Of a stretch of DNA of 63,769 nt, positions 1 through 12,871 are shown piece by piece. A program made the position numbers and the translations under genes. How positions within the stretch are numbered: position 1 is the first letter of the stretch; each line of letters starts with the position of its first letter. The notes under the pieces were generated by a model that was not told the DNA's origin, did no database searches, and saw nothing but the letters and a program-made list of their open reading frames with translations. The DNA comes from Paraspadella gotoi (Eukaryota; Animalia; Chaetognatha), in NCBI GenBank assembly GCA_051294375.1, contig CM119264.1, positions 4,548,402-4,612,170 on the forward strand, written 5' to 3'.

Positions 1-284
1 GAGAGCGAAAAACAAAAGCATGATTCCTCAAAAATTCCACTTTCCAAATCACGAACCACAATTTCCATTTCTGTGGAACCGTTCTTCACCGTCAAGTTAG
101 AGAAAGAGAAAGCTTCGCCCATAAAAAGTCTCACCGATACCAGACAAGCTTTCTTTTTCGATTTTTTTAGCTTTTTTTTAGCTTTTTTTAGCCTTTTTTA
201 TGATATAAATGTATATTGTATAAAGGTCCAGACCAAAAACAAACGCAGGGCCCAAATCAAAAACACACATTCCGTCTCAATCCA

Positions 285-363
285 AATTCTAATCCTAAGC
301 TCAATCCTCAGCCCAATTCTCAGCCCAATCCTGAGCCCAATCTTCAGCCCAATCCCAATCCCC
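285..363. repeat. Degenerate 12-bp tandem repeat (CTCAGCCCAATC-like)
   Basis: ctcagcccaatt ctcagcccaatc ctgagcccaatc ttcagcccaatc is directly visible. Confidence 0.7.
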
Positions 364-753
364 TCACGCGTCGATTCTCCGAATCTCCCTCGACAGTTGG
401 CAATTCGAAGCGACACAGACGTCGCGCCGGAGAAGTTTCGACGCGTCACAGTTTTCATAACGGGAATCTTATCGGAAAAATTCTCGCATAAAATCGATAG
501 GGGGGAGAGAGAGAGATGTTGTTGCTTGTTGGGGTGATAGGATTCAGGTATTGGGCGTAGGAAAAAAATAAATAAAAGTTTGGGGCAGTAGGAGATAGAA
601 ATTAAAGCATTGGGTTTATAGGAGGTAGGAAAAAGAAAATGGGCGAGAAAGATTTGGGAAATATTTTGGGAGAGGAAAGGAAAATATTAAGGATTCGAAT
701 TAAGAAATAAAGGATTGGTCAAGAAATGATGAATTTCTCTCTCTCTCTCTCTC

Positions 754-1489
754 TGAAGCGCTTCTTAACGCGCGACCTAGATAATACCGAGTTAATCGCA
801 AATAAAACAAATCTAAGTTTCATCTCTATTCTTCTAGAGTGCCCTATTTGTGCCTAATTAATTATTGAATTCCAAAATCCGTGTTCAATACTCTCAAATA
901 AGTATCTTTGGAAACGCAAACAGTTCCTACATGTAAAACACCCTTAACTATAACCTTATATCTTGAAACCATGTAATAAAGCAGAAATAGTAACCACATT
1001 TTGAGATAATACAATTTCCAATCTGCAGGTACAAATATTCATGGTAAGGGCAATGTAGGGACAGGTGGCAAGAAGGAGGTTCAAGTAGATTGGGGCAAGT
1101 GCAGTTAATACAAAAAATAGACATGCTAAATTAAGTAAATATAACTTTAAACTTAAAACTTATAATGTAACATATATAACCTAAGTACAACAAATATAAA
1201 TCCAATGTAAACTAACCTTCAATTTGGGTCCAGAATAGAGAATAAAACATTGGCAGTAAAGTAGTACAAAACATTATTTAAAGTATTCTCCTTTTCATTT
1301 TTACACATCGTGTTTGGAATTGAGAGTAAAAGACTTGTGAAAGAATAAAACTGAAACACGCTCGTTGTTAGCTCTAATAACAGCTTGATCGCGGGGAAGA
1401 GTAAATTCAGATATTAACGAAAAACTGATCTATCGATTCTAAACGAAACTAAACAATTATATGCGAAATAAAAGGCATCGCTTTCTCCA
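754..1489 (-). repeat. 3' LTR of the BEL/Pao element (736 bp)
   Basis: Runs from TGAAGCGCTTC to GCTTTCTCCA and matches 7642-8374, with differences that are mostly 1-3 nt indels. A G-rich polypurine-tract-like sequence (minus strand GGCGGGGGTA) abuts it at 1490-1499. Confidence 0.95.
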
Positions 1490-1750
1490 TACCCCCGCCA
1501 TAAGGGTTTTCCCTGGATAAATAAAACAGCGATCAATAAAATGATGGCGTTAGCTAAAAACATAGGGACTACAATCATACTAAATGATAAAACCATCTTA
1601 CAATAAAAATGGTAAAGCATCTATGATAAAAAAAAGGTAAAAGCATTTGTGATAAAAATGGTAAAAACATCTATGATAAAAATGTACACTGTCACCAGTA
1701 AAAATCTAAACGTTGATAGCAATCAGAATATCAATATCTTCTCCGCTTCT

Positions 1751-4700
1751 TCATGGGCATTCGAAGGAGGACAATGCTTGGACAATCTCGGTCAAGGACA
1801 GTTCCTTTTTGCCGTACGGACTCGGACACGGGCGCACAATGAGTGCCATCCCCAAGCGGCTCCTCTTATAATGGCAAAGACTCCAATGAAGGTAGCTTGC
1901 TCGTTCGCAATGATACACGATATCGCCTTCTTGAGATTGCGGTGTGACTTCGTCCACGTTCTGGCGCTTGTTGCAGCTCGGCAATATACTCATAGCGCCA
2001 CCGCTTCCAAAACTCATCAGCAAGGGCACTAGCTGCTGCCGATGCAGTGCGGGCGCACTGTCCATCAGACATCGGAGGACAGGTCAGGTGCGCACCAAGG
2101 GCAGGAAAGACCGGGGATATAGCAACAATGGATGGGGAAGCGCGGCGGATCCTTCGCGCTATCAGGATCCTTGTAATAGGGACATCATTCACAATGTTTC
2201 CACTGAGCAAAGTAGGGTACCAAAGTACGACGTCCGAGACGTCTTTTCCCTGACGTAAGGAACAATAACGATTTCTTCGTAATCTTGACGAGAAGATTCC
2301 CAGGCGCCCTCCCCAATGGGGCGCCCCTCAGCAGGATTGAAAGAGCCACTTGATACGATGATGCTTGAACTGTTCTTCGGCCTTTGGTTCCACCTGTGTA
2401 GAGCATCATCCAAACTCTTTGGTTGCCCACGGAAAAGTTGTGCCATTGTCGCTCGCAAATGAACCTTGACACCAGGGCGTCGGCACGAAAACGTTCAAAA
2501 GCATTCAAAAACTCAGGAGTTGACTATATCCTGAGAGGTTCCAAGATGGATAGCACGCATCTGGAGACTAAGTAAAACAAGGCCACCGCAACCTTCGGAG
2601 TATGACGTCCTGAGCTCACATAGAAGGGACCAAACAAAATCCACTCCAGTCCCACCTCAAAAGGATAACCAATGCAACACGCAAACTAGGTAAAGGAGCA
2701 TCTTTTTGCTGGCAAAGTTTTCCCATGAGCCCGCTTACAAGCGGTGCAGCGTCGATATACATCGCTGACAGTAGCACGACTCTGATGATCCAAAACTTGC
2801 GCGTAAACTTTGCCAGAATCTGGTCAGGCCCGGTAGATGCGCATCTCTGCAGTGGGCGGCCCAATGGATGAATCATCTTGGTGATACGAGAAGAGGCAGG
2901 CAAACGTGAATGGAATGCTTCGAATCATATCCTCTTCTCCAACAAGGCGCTGAAGTGCCACCCTCTCAGGAGACCATCACTTCCAAGAATGGGTCTAGGC
3001 GGCGAAGGGAAGACTTTTGACTTCCACAGAGCGCTGAGAAACTGAAGCGATGCTGGCTGAAGGATAGCAATCTCTTTACCAAAATGTTGCTCCTGGAGAG
3101 TTTGAAGCACGTAGCTTCTCACTGTCATCTCATCTTTCAAGTGGTTCAAGGACAGCTTGCGCTTCTCTGAAGAGTTTTCTGCGCAAAAAGAAGAGCAGAT
3201 AGGCAACGCCTGATCACCTTCTCGCATGTGGGAGACATTTGAGGTCAATTCCTCAAAGACCAGTCTGAGACAGCTGACGAAGCAGCTGCCTCGTAGTATG
3301 CCACTTGAAAAATCACTAGTTGCATGACACAAATCCTTTTCTTCTCAGTAGGAGAGTGAAGCGAATCGAGTAGAACTCGGGACACACAATGCAAAAACCT
3401 TCCAGGATACAGATCATCTGCATCAATACCACGGGAAACAACAGATCCGCTGGAATCCTTATTGGTGGGAACATAACGCCACTGTCGCAACAATCTGTCA
3501 CTCATGAATGGTATTTCAAACGATTGGAAAAATATGCCTTGTACTGTGTAGTTCCTATTTCTAATCCATCTTCACGATTGCAGGTAGCATCTATCCAGAA
3601 GAACACATCACCCAGGTTCGTCTGCCTCACGTTTTGGAACTATGTACAAATCAATTCAGAGATAGCTCCTTGCATCTTCAGAGAGGGGAAGGTTTCACAA
3701 CTTTGTTTGTGGCGACCCGATTCAAAGGAGTACACGTGCTTGTGCAACCAAAATATTCACATGGAGCAACATCATATTCATGCAACTAATTCGTTGATAA
3801 GGCTGCAGCACCATAAGCCACATCCGAAGATCAACAAAAATACTGAAGTGCGAATTTTTGTGTAGGGTGAAGGTCTTTTTCCACCTTGGGACTCGGACCA
3901 GAGACAAGCAGGCAGACCGTCCTTGCCATTCCTCTAATAGGCTTGGTTTTATCTCCTCAAGGGAGAGGCATCATCCCAACCAAGCATCGCTTTACAAGCT
4001 TTTGGAGCAAATAACCTTCGGCTGAAGTATACATGGAAGATGCTAGGCCAAAGGTGAATAGACTGAAAGCTGTGACCGACGAACAATTTCCTTCGAGAGA
4101 AGTCCATCTCACCCGCCTTTTCGGTCACTCACCTTGAAGAAATACTCATCGTATTTGGGTCAATAGCCCAAAGCCCCAAAGCTGTTTCCATGTCTAGGTG
4201 GATTCTTTAACTCGATGGCATCGGTACTCACAGGTGCTCCATCAGTTTTAGCAAATGACAGTTCATTGTTGACAGCAATATAAGAGTAATGATAAGATTT
4301 TTGTCCCAGCCAATCTTCTCCTGGACTCATCAAAGGACAGCCCATATAGTCTAAAAGCAACTAGGAAGTGCCAAGAGAACCACACGCACAACTCTCTTCA
4401 TGGAGCAAAGTATCAGCAAGGTCTTAACCATAATGAGAATCAAAAACCTCTCAACACCTAATCTCTACCACCCATTAACTTCCTTAAGATGGTCATAACC
4501 ATGCAACCTCTTTCTGAGTTGGTGGTAAGTGTCCCATCTGGTAAGCTCGGGATCAATAATGATTATTGGGAGTGCAGAAACCTTGAAGGGTTCTTTACCC
4601 TCCTCACTCCATATAGCTCACCAGCTCGTAGCTGGGTGACATCTCGTGGTTTACGAGATCTACTACCAATGACCTTGAAGGTCAAATCATCGCACTAGTG

Positions 4701-7444
4701 ATAGGCGATCCCATCTTCATCAGCAAGACGCTGAGAACAATAAAGTCAATCACTTCCAGTATCTAAGAGAGCATAGACGTCTTTTTCCCGACTGTCGCAG
4801 CGAACCAAATGGCGACTATGGGCCTATAACCGTCCTTTTCCTGGCTCTAATGGAATGCAGAACAACCTTTATAGCACGTCTGGATTGCTGGGTGGTCAAG
4901 ACGAGGTAGATGTTGAAGGTGCTGGGGGTTGATGAGGATGCTGGTGTTTGAGTTTGGTCAGTTTGGCCTTAGGCTCACTGTGGAGAAGTGTGGTGGTGTG
5001 TCCTTACATTGGTGCATTGTTGGGGGCAATCCTACAATTGACAGCAGAATGGCCAGTTCCAAAACATCTAAAGCAAAGACAGAACGTCGACAGATGTTTA
5101 TTCCGGCTGAAAAAGGCCTTAGCACGGCAAAGACATGACACTTCCTACCGCATGAGCACCGGCGGTTTGCACACCCTGCTTTTGAATGCAGCTGTGGCAG
5201 AAGACTGGGTAGACTTAGCAGACTGGCGTTCCCGGAGCAGGGGAAGATCCTCAGCCTCAAACAGCATTGGAATCTGACCGGAATTACTCTTTTTTCCCCT
5301 CTTGGAGAGATTTATCTTCCATGAATGGAGTATCACCTTCTGACCATATTCGTTGAGAAATTGAAGAAAATCATGGAAGGTCAGGTAAACCCCTGCATTC
5401 TTTTACGGTTAAACTTTTCGTTCAAGGCACTTTCCAAAAAGGGAAAGCCGTCTCAAGAACTTTATTGACAGGGAGTTAGTAGCCATTCACTAAGCTTTTA
5501 TTCTGTGTGGCACTGTCCACCACAGACGTGAATGCTGATATAAAATTTTTCGGACACCACTATAATCGCATTCCTATACCTTTGCCTTCTTCAGAATTTG
5601 TCTGAGCTTTTCCCTGCAGGATCAGGGGTAGCTTCCCCACCTCTTGGCGAGGCTCCAACTTCGCGTTGATATAACGTCGATCAATCGGCATTCTGCTCAT
5701 ATTCAAATCTCTGATAAATCAATGAGGCCTCACCCTCTACCCACTCCAACAATTCCCTAAACTTCTCCTGACGAGGTCAAGCAAGAACTCAACCTAGTGC
5801 TAAACTGAGTAAGAAATGGGCTCAGTTCAAACCTATCACCCTTAAATTTGCGTTTCGGACGAGCGGACATCAGCAATTTGACAGGATCACCGATTCAGTG
5901 TGCAATTCTGTGGGGTTGTGAGCTCCGTGCCTAATGCTGTGATGCAAGTCCGGAGACCATGAGCTCAGCAGGGTTTTGAGTGCTGATGTCGCCATAACGC
6001 ACTGTGGAATGGTGATGGTGGGCCGAATAGAAGTTTGAGAAAAATGGGTTGTTGAAATGGTCGCTGTTTTGTAGCTGTTGTAGGAGAGTCAGTGAGGCTA
6101 TAAATAGGATAAAGATTGGTAAAGGCAATTGGGCGGAAGATTAATGGGGAGCGGTTGAGGTGGCTGAGTAAGGTCAAGGTTGAAATCGGAACAGGATGGG
6201 AAGGCTCGAATCATGGGTTTTGGAGAGTATATACAGGCAGACTAGTAGTAGTAGAGGATGGAATGGATGACTGAAGCAGGTGAAGCTGGAGGCAGAGGAA
6301 GGACGTCCAGTAGGACTGCCCGCTCGCAGCCTGAGAGGATAAAGGAACGGAAATTGGAAAAACGGATCCTGAAGGGGCTGACCCAGTAGCTTGGCTCAAT
6401 CGACAATACTGGTGCGCCTTGCCAGAACAATCCGGCTGTTGGTCCTACTTCTCGAGAAAAGCTCGTAGAATGTGACATGGGGTCCTCTTGATCCCCCTCC
6501 TCACTGGTTCGCACATTCTCGCCAGAGCACCTCAGATCAAGTTGGGCGCATATTTGAGCCTCAAGGCTTGTTTCCTTCAGTCTTCATCAAGCTCTTCGTT
6601 GCTTCCTCTTTGTTCCTCTTCAAATTCCAACTGCTTACGCTTTTCGCTCGTCCTCCATTCATCTGCTTAACGCTTTTGCTCGTCTCCCCATTTTCTATCT
6701 GTTTTTACCATGTTGTTCCTTAAGGACTGAAAAACCTTAATTGCTGCTTTTTTAAGCTCAATAGCAGCCCTTTGTTGCTGCGCGCTTGATCGCGCTTTTT
6801 TAGACAGATAGTAGAACTCCCAGTAGAATCTGATTTTAGATGTAAATGGAGAATGGCCACGCAATACATATGACTGCTCATCCTCTTGTGTAGAGGTTTC
6901 TCCTAGACGAAGCAGGAGGCGGCGAAGGGAAATGACTGCACTGAAGCAGGGGCAGGGTTGTTGATGCTATAGTATCCACAGCCAATCAGCAGAAAGAGTA
7001 AGCAGCTGTTGGTACAGATTCTAGATGGGTGAAGAAGGGGGAGTTTTCCCAAATGGCATCAAGACTGGCTTTGTATTGTTCCACGAGTAGGCATACTACT
7101 CAAGGTTCCCTTGATCTTTAAAGCTCCATGGTAAAGAGTCTTTCCAACCTCGTTGGCGAATGTTTTCAATGGCACCAATCTATTTTGTCACAAAATCTTT
7201 AAGAAAAGCATCCTTGGCACTTCATGAAGTGGACCTTAAGCGCGTCAAACCTCCTAGGCGCAGGTCCTTTGCAGCTGCACGATGGCATGATGGAACAACT
7301 AATGAGTGCCTGTTCAGGTTCTCCTTTCAAGATCCTCAAGAACGTCTTCCAGTGACTTAGCCATAGCCATGGGCACGAAAAAGTCATGAAATCCTTATAG
7401 ACAAAATGATCATAGACAAAAGCTTGAGGCCTTGGTACTGTCAA
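1751..7444 (-). CDS. BEL/Pao gag-pol polyprotein (gag, PR, RH, IN), frameshifted as assembled; boundaries approximate
   Basis: Motifs are spread over several frames (e.g. ORFs 4958..5260, 3722..3907, 3245..3505, 2616..2903, 2185..2508, 1866..2210). The frameshifts may be read errors, given the indel-type differences between the LTRs. Confidence 0.8.
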
Positions 7445-7641
7445 CAGGGAAATGCCAAACCTTCATACTTTATACAAACACCCCTTAGCGTTTTAAGACA
7501 AATAAGCAACAACATCAGTAAGGCCTTAAGCTATAAATACATAAAACCGAAGCTTGGAGTAATAAACCAAGTAAATTAAAATGAGGGCACAAGAAAATTG
7601 AAGCCACATAATCTGGCACTCAAGAATGTGAAGTTTTAAAC

Positions 7642-8374
7642 TGAAGCGCTTCTTAACGCGCGACCTAGATAATCCGAGATTATCGCAAATAAAACAAATC
7701 TAAGTTTCATCTCTATTCTTCTAGTGCCGCTAATTTGTGCCTAATTTAATTATTGAATTCAAATCCGTGTTCAACTACTCTCAAATAAGTATCTTTGGAA
7801 ACCAAACAGTTCTAAACATGTAAAACACCGTTAATAACCTTATATTCTTAGAACCATGTAATAAAGCAGAAATGTAACCACATTTAGAGATAATACAATT
7901 TCAATCTCCAGGTACAAATATTCATGGTAAGCAATGTAGAGGACAGGTAGGCAAGAAGGAGGTTCAAGTAAGATGGGGCAAAGTGCAAGTTAAAACTACA
8001 AAAAAATAGACAATGCTAAATTAGTATAACTTTAAACCTTAAACTTATAAGTAACATATATAACCTAAGTACAATTCAATATAAATCCAATGTAAACTAA
8101 CCTTCAATTTGGGTTCCAGAATAGAGAATAAAACAATTGGCAGTAAAGTAGCTACAAACATTTTTAAAGTATTCTCCTTTTCATTTTTACACACGTGTTT
8201 GAATTGAGAGTAAAAGACTTGGTGAAAGATAAAACTGAAACACGCTCGTTCGTTAGCTCTAATAACAGCTGATCGGGGGAAGAGTAAATTCAGATATTCA
8301 AGGAAACAAATGATTCTATCGATCTAAACGAAAACTAACAATTATATGCGAAAAAAAAGGCATCGCTTTCTCCA
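7642..8374 (-). repeat. 5' LTR of the BEL/Pao element (733 bp)
   Basis: Direct repeat of 754-1489 with the same TG...CA termini; it lies upstream of gag on the minus strand. Confidence 0.95.
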
Positions 8375-11300
8375 CTACTCTCTCTCTCTCCTCTCTTCTC
8401 CTCATCTCTCATCTGTCTTCTCTCTTCTCCTCTCTCTTCTCTCTCTATTTACAAGCGAAGCGACGCTCGTTGCGGAAAGCGAAGGATTTAATGAAAAAAC
8501 TAGTCGATGCTGACAACGAAGTGCATCGACTGAAAAACGATGGAAAAACCGACAGGTGTCTCCTCCCTTTAAGCCCTTTTTCCTTCTGTCCTCTCTACCT
8601 CTCCTCCCTCCCTTTCTCCCTCTCTCTATCTTCTGCGTAAGGCCGCGGACTGTGTGCCCATGACCGTATCCGTGTATTCATTTCATTCATTCATTCATTC
8701 TCTCTCCTCCCTCCTCTCTCACCGCCTCCCTCTCTCCCGTCTTTCCCTCTCTCCCTCTCTCCCTCTTTCATATTCATATTCCCTCTCTCCCCTCCCTCCT
8801 CTCTCCCACCCTCCCTCTCCCACTCTCCCTCCCTCTCTATATCCCTCCCTCCCTCCCTCCCGCCCTCCCTCTCTTCTGCCCTCCCTTTTTCCCTCTCTCT
8901 ATCCTTCTCTCCCATCCTCGCCTCTCTCGCTCTTCCATGATTCATATTCCCTCTCTCCCTCTCTCTCCTCCCTCCCTCTCTCCCTCTATCCTTCCTCCTC
9001 CAATATTAAACTGCCCCGATCTTCCTCGTTTCCTTACCCAACTCACCCACTTCCTTTCATCCCTCAATCAACTTCCGCCCCTTACCCTACCTACCCTTTT
9101 TCTCAACCCCCCCATTCTCCTTCACTCCCCCTGTCCCATCTACCCGGCCTACCCTGTAGTACCTACCCTGTAGCGCATTGAGAATATTCTTTTTTTTTCG
9201 GTTGCAAAGACCAAAAAAAAAAATGTTCAATGAGAGTTCGATCTCGTGTTTTTGACGTCAATGATTGTTTCCTCAAAAAAGGCGAACGGCGTTCCCATTA
9301 AAAAAAAAACCGTCAATTATCGAGCGGCGCAAGTGTAACGCTCTCAGAATTCCCGGTTGAGGCAAAGCATTTTTCGTATGATGGCTGGCAGGCGCTGGCA
9401 TATCTATCGAAGTCTGCCACTCTCTCTCTCTCTCTCTTGACAAACGAGACAAAGCTTTTCTGGCGATTCTCGTTTATCCAAGCATAACAGTTATCTTCTT
9501 TACTGAATGTCTGCAGTGAAAGTACACTGGTATTTGCCGTTACGAAACGAGACAAGTAAAGTTAGGATATATATCGTGTCGACGGCGGCTTCATTACAGC
9601 CATCCTCGTGAGTGGGTCTTCGCTTTGGCGTGAATTCACGTGTTCGTCATCACGACTTTCTCACCTCTCCTGACGCAGCCAGAGATCGTCACTCGATCTT
9701 GTCATCAAACGCTTTTGTCATCCAGTGATAATGAATTGGTTGGTTGTTGTTGACGAAAATGACGACGACGACGACAGCGACGAAAATGACGATAAGGTTG
9801 ACGACGTAAATCTCTCAGACTCTCCGTCTTTTTTAGATCAATCGTAGAGCATACTTTTCAGTTAACCTGACTGGAGTAACCGCACGACTGGAGAAATCTG
9901 GCCGCGACAAAATCTCGCACGACTGGAGCACCCAAACCGTCTAATTGAGGCGAAGCAACTTGGCTCTTGACCGTCGGGCGCCGCGTCGCTTCCCGCCTGA
10001 CGCCTGATGGCGCTTGACCGGAGACCAACTTTGCGCTCGTGCGAAGAAATTCGTGAAAAGAAAAGAGAAATTCGAGTCGCGCATGACGAAGCAATTGGGA
10101 AATTGGCCGGAATGACGGATGGACGGACAGCGTGACATTTTTGTGATGAAAATCAGAAGAAAAGTATAGAATTTGGCGGGAATGATTTCGGGTGAGATAA
10201 TGAGGTGGAAAGTGGTAAATGTAAAGTGGCATAACATTGTATGAAAGAAAGTTGTTTATATATTATCGATTGACCGATTGAAATAAATTGCAGTCACTCG
10301 TAAATATCTTTTTCCTGAATAAGTAAAAGTATTAACTGAAACGTACGTAAATAATAACCATTTTTTAAAAAAAGTATCTAATGGTTTTCATCATTTTCCT
10401 TTCGTCTAACGTCTATAGCCGTCGATAAACAAACGCTAAAAAAGGTTCCTTAACCAACTCTCTCTTTNNNNNNNNNNNNNNNNNNNNNNNNNNNNNNNNN
10501 NNNNNNNNNNNNNNNNNNNNNNNNNNNNNNNNNNNNNNNNNNNNNNNNNNNNNNNNNNNNNNNNNNNNNNNNNNNNNNNNNNNNNNNNNNNNNNNNNNNN
10601 NNNNNNNNNNNNNNNNNNNNNNNNNNNNNNNNNNNNNNNNNNNNNNNNNNNNNNNNNNNNNNNNNNNNNNNNNNNNNNNNNNNNNNNNNNNNNNNNNNNN
10701 NNNNNNNNNNNNNNNNNNNNNNNNNNNNNNNNNNNNNNNNNNNNNNNNNNNNNNNNNGTGAATACGACTGGAAAAACTTTCGCAGTGTAGGAAACGACGT
10801 GGAGGGCAGCCGGCCTGGTGGAATGGGTTGGTGGTGAAACGAGGGTGGTGGTGGTGGTGGTGGTGAAGGTGGGTGGTGGGCGCGGCTGGTGGAGCCATCT
10901 CGTTTCGACTGGGAGAATCGTCGCTTCTTCTGCACAATTTCTCATGAATATGAACAGCATTGAAATGTTTGAATTATGCCGAGAAAAAGATTTTTCTCNN
11001 NNNNNNNNNNNNNNNNNNNNNNNNNNNNNNNNNNNNNNNNNNNNNNNNNNNNNNNNNNNNNNNNNNNNNNNNNNNNNNNNNNNNNNNNNNNNNNNNNNNN
11101 NNNNNNNNNNNNNNNNNNNNNNNNNNNNNNNNNNNNNNNNNNNNNNNNNNNNNNNNNNNNNNNNNNNNNNNNNNNNNNNNNNNNNNNNNNNNNNNNNNNN
11201 NNNNTCTCTCTCTCTCTCTCTCTCTCGATCTCGTTTCTATCGTTCAACTGTGACCGCATCGAGTGAATTTATATCCTTTTTCTAATCAGAAATTTTTTTA

Positions 11301-11830
11301 TGAGAAATATTTTTTTTGTCTTTTATTACTAGGGTACTAATCCCACAACGCTGATCGTAATTGAGCAAACCATAATTAACATTCACACTTGCATATTCAT
11401 ATCTTTATTTTGATAAAGTATACATAGTACTACTGTAGTAAAGTATAAATAAAATAAAACCTTTAATTTATATATAGTACTTTTGCTTTTGCGAATCAAC
11501 GTCATCGTCAGCAGCAGCAAAAACTGTAGAACCAGCTGTAACAACCGAAGCAGCCGCTGCTGCAATAGAAACCGCAGCAGCGGCCACAACAGTATTTTTT
11601 TTTCACCATCGGTTCCTGTCGCGAAAATTTCACTTTCGGTTTTGAAATTTTAATTTTAATAAATTTTAATTTTTGAAAAAGTCATATGAAAATCGACATG
11701 AATGTTTTTCATGTCGCTTTTTTTTTCAATTCCCCGGCTTCCCCCCACCTCCATCGCCCCCCTCCCCTCCAACGCCCACCCCACCCTCCATCGCCCCCAT
11801 TACCCCTCAACCCTCCCACCCCACTCACAG

Positions 11831-12009
11831 GTGATGGTGACGTTTCGTCCCCGCATCGTCTGCGCCTCGAGACTTCGGGGTCACGTGACCGCGGAGAAGT
11901 TCAACATCACCTGCGGAGTGCTGTCCTCGCCGCCGCTGCCCTGTCACAACATCTCGTGGATGCTGGAACCCCATCACGTCATCTTTCTCTGCAACGAAGA
12001 CTTGGCCAG
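11831..12009 (+). CDS. Exon of an immunoglobulin-superfamily membrane protein (N-terminal half of an Ig domain)
   Basis: cag| acceptor after a pyrimidine tract and CAG|GTAAGA donor. GC-rich codons give VMVTFRPRIVCASRLRGHVTAEKFNITCGVLSSPPLPCHNISWMLEP, fitting the Ig pattern V.F.P.I...NITC.V.S.P...I.W. Confidence 0.8.
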
Positions 12010-12234
12010 GTAAGAATCCGGGGATTTTTGTTCTTTTTATTTCGCTAATGATTATGATCATTATTTGAGCCGGTAATTGCCTAATTAGTATGACGTCGGA
12101 AAATACTTTTAATAGATTATGGAATACTGATACATTTGTTTTTTCAGCTTTTTTTAAATATTTTTTGCGAATTTAATTTTTGAAAAACTTTTATAATTTT
12201 TGTATGAAAAAAATGAAAAACTGAAAAAACTGAT

Positions 12235-12309
<75 letters not shown>

Positions 12310-12466
12310 GTTGATTATAGAAGAGAAAAAAAGGGCGGGATAAAAGAAGGAAGAAAAAGGCTAAAGTTTAATGCTGCGTGAGAGGGTGGAAGAAAGTAGG
12401 TTAACTTGTTTGGGTAACTGGAAAATGGAAGGCGATAGAAGATAAGAAAAAAAAGAGGTCGAAAAA

Positions 12467-12530
<64 letters not shown>

Positions 12531-12765
12531 AGAGCGTGCGAGGTAATAAGAGGCGGATTGGGAGTAAAGACCCTCTGTGTCCAATTTGGGAAAAATGTTT
12601 TTTTTCTGCATGAAAAGTTTCTGCGAAATACTACAAAAAAAACTAAGATAATTATATAATGATCATATAAGACTTATTTTCCCAGAACGGCCCATTTTAT
12701 CTTAAATTTTGAATTAAGTTAATTCTTTTAGTTAAAAAAAATGGGGCACTCTTGGAAAAAAGAGA

Positions 12766-12810
12766 AATAAATAAATAAATAAATAAACAAATAAATAAAT
12801 AAATAAATAT

Positions 12811-12870
<60 letters not shown>

Positions 12871-12871
12871 A
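12766..12871. repeat. (AAAT)n microsatellite
   Basis: Directly visible. Confidence 0.9.

Larger units (their letters stand above)
754..8374 (-). mobile_element. BEL/Pao LTR retrotransposon, full length between LTRs, apparently lacking reverse transcriptase
   Basis: Two ~735-bp direct repeats with TG...CA ends. Minus-strand motifs occur in BEL order: DUF1759-like KFKGD (~5850), zinc knuckle CFRCFGTGHSAVNC (~5035-5075), protease YALLDTGS (~4752-4776), Pao peptidase_A17/RNase H (ALGL..DP..D, LGWDD, RVPRW, IFVD.SDVAYGAAA, QWRYVPT), integrase (TGVD.FGPF, SDNGTNF, GGAWES) and DUF5641-like FWKRWRYEYIAELQQ. Both flanks are (CT)n. Confidence 0.95.

Noticed and set aside
1490-1750. env-like gene in the BEL element
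   Set aside because: Only ~260 bp lie between the integrase end and the LTR; ORF 1414..1620 is short and runs into the LTR.
10758-10830. Possible upstream exon of the IgSF gene
   Set aside because: It is truncated by an N gap, no frame gives a clear Ig motif, and the donor is weak.
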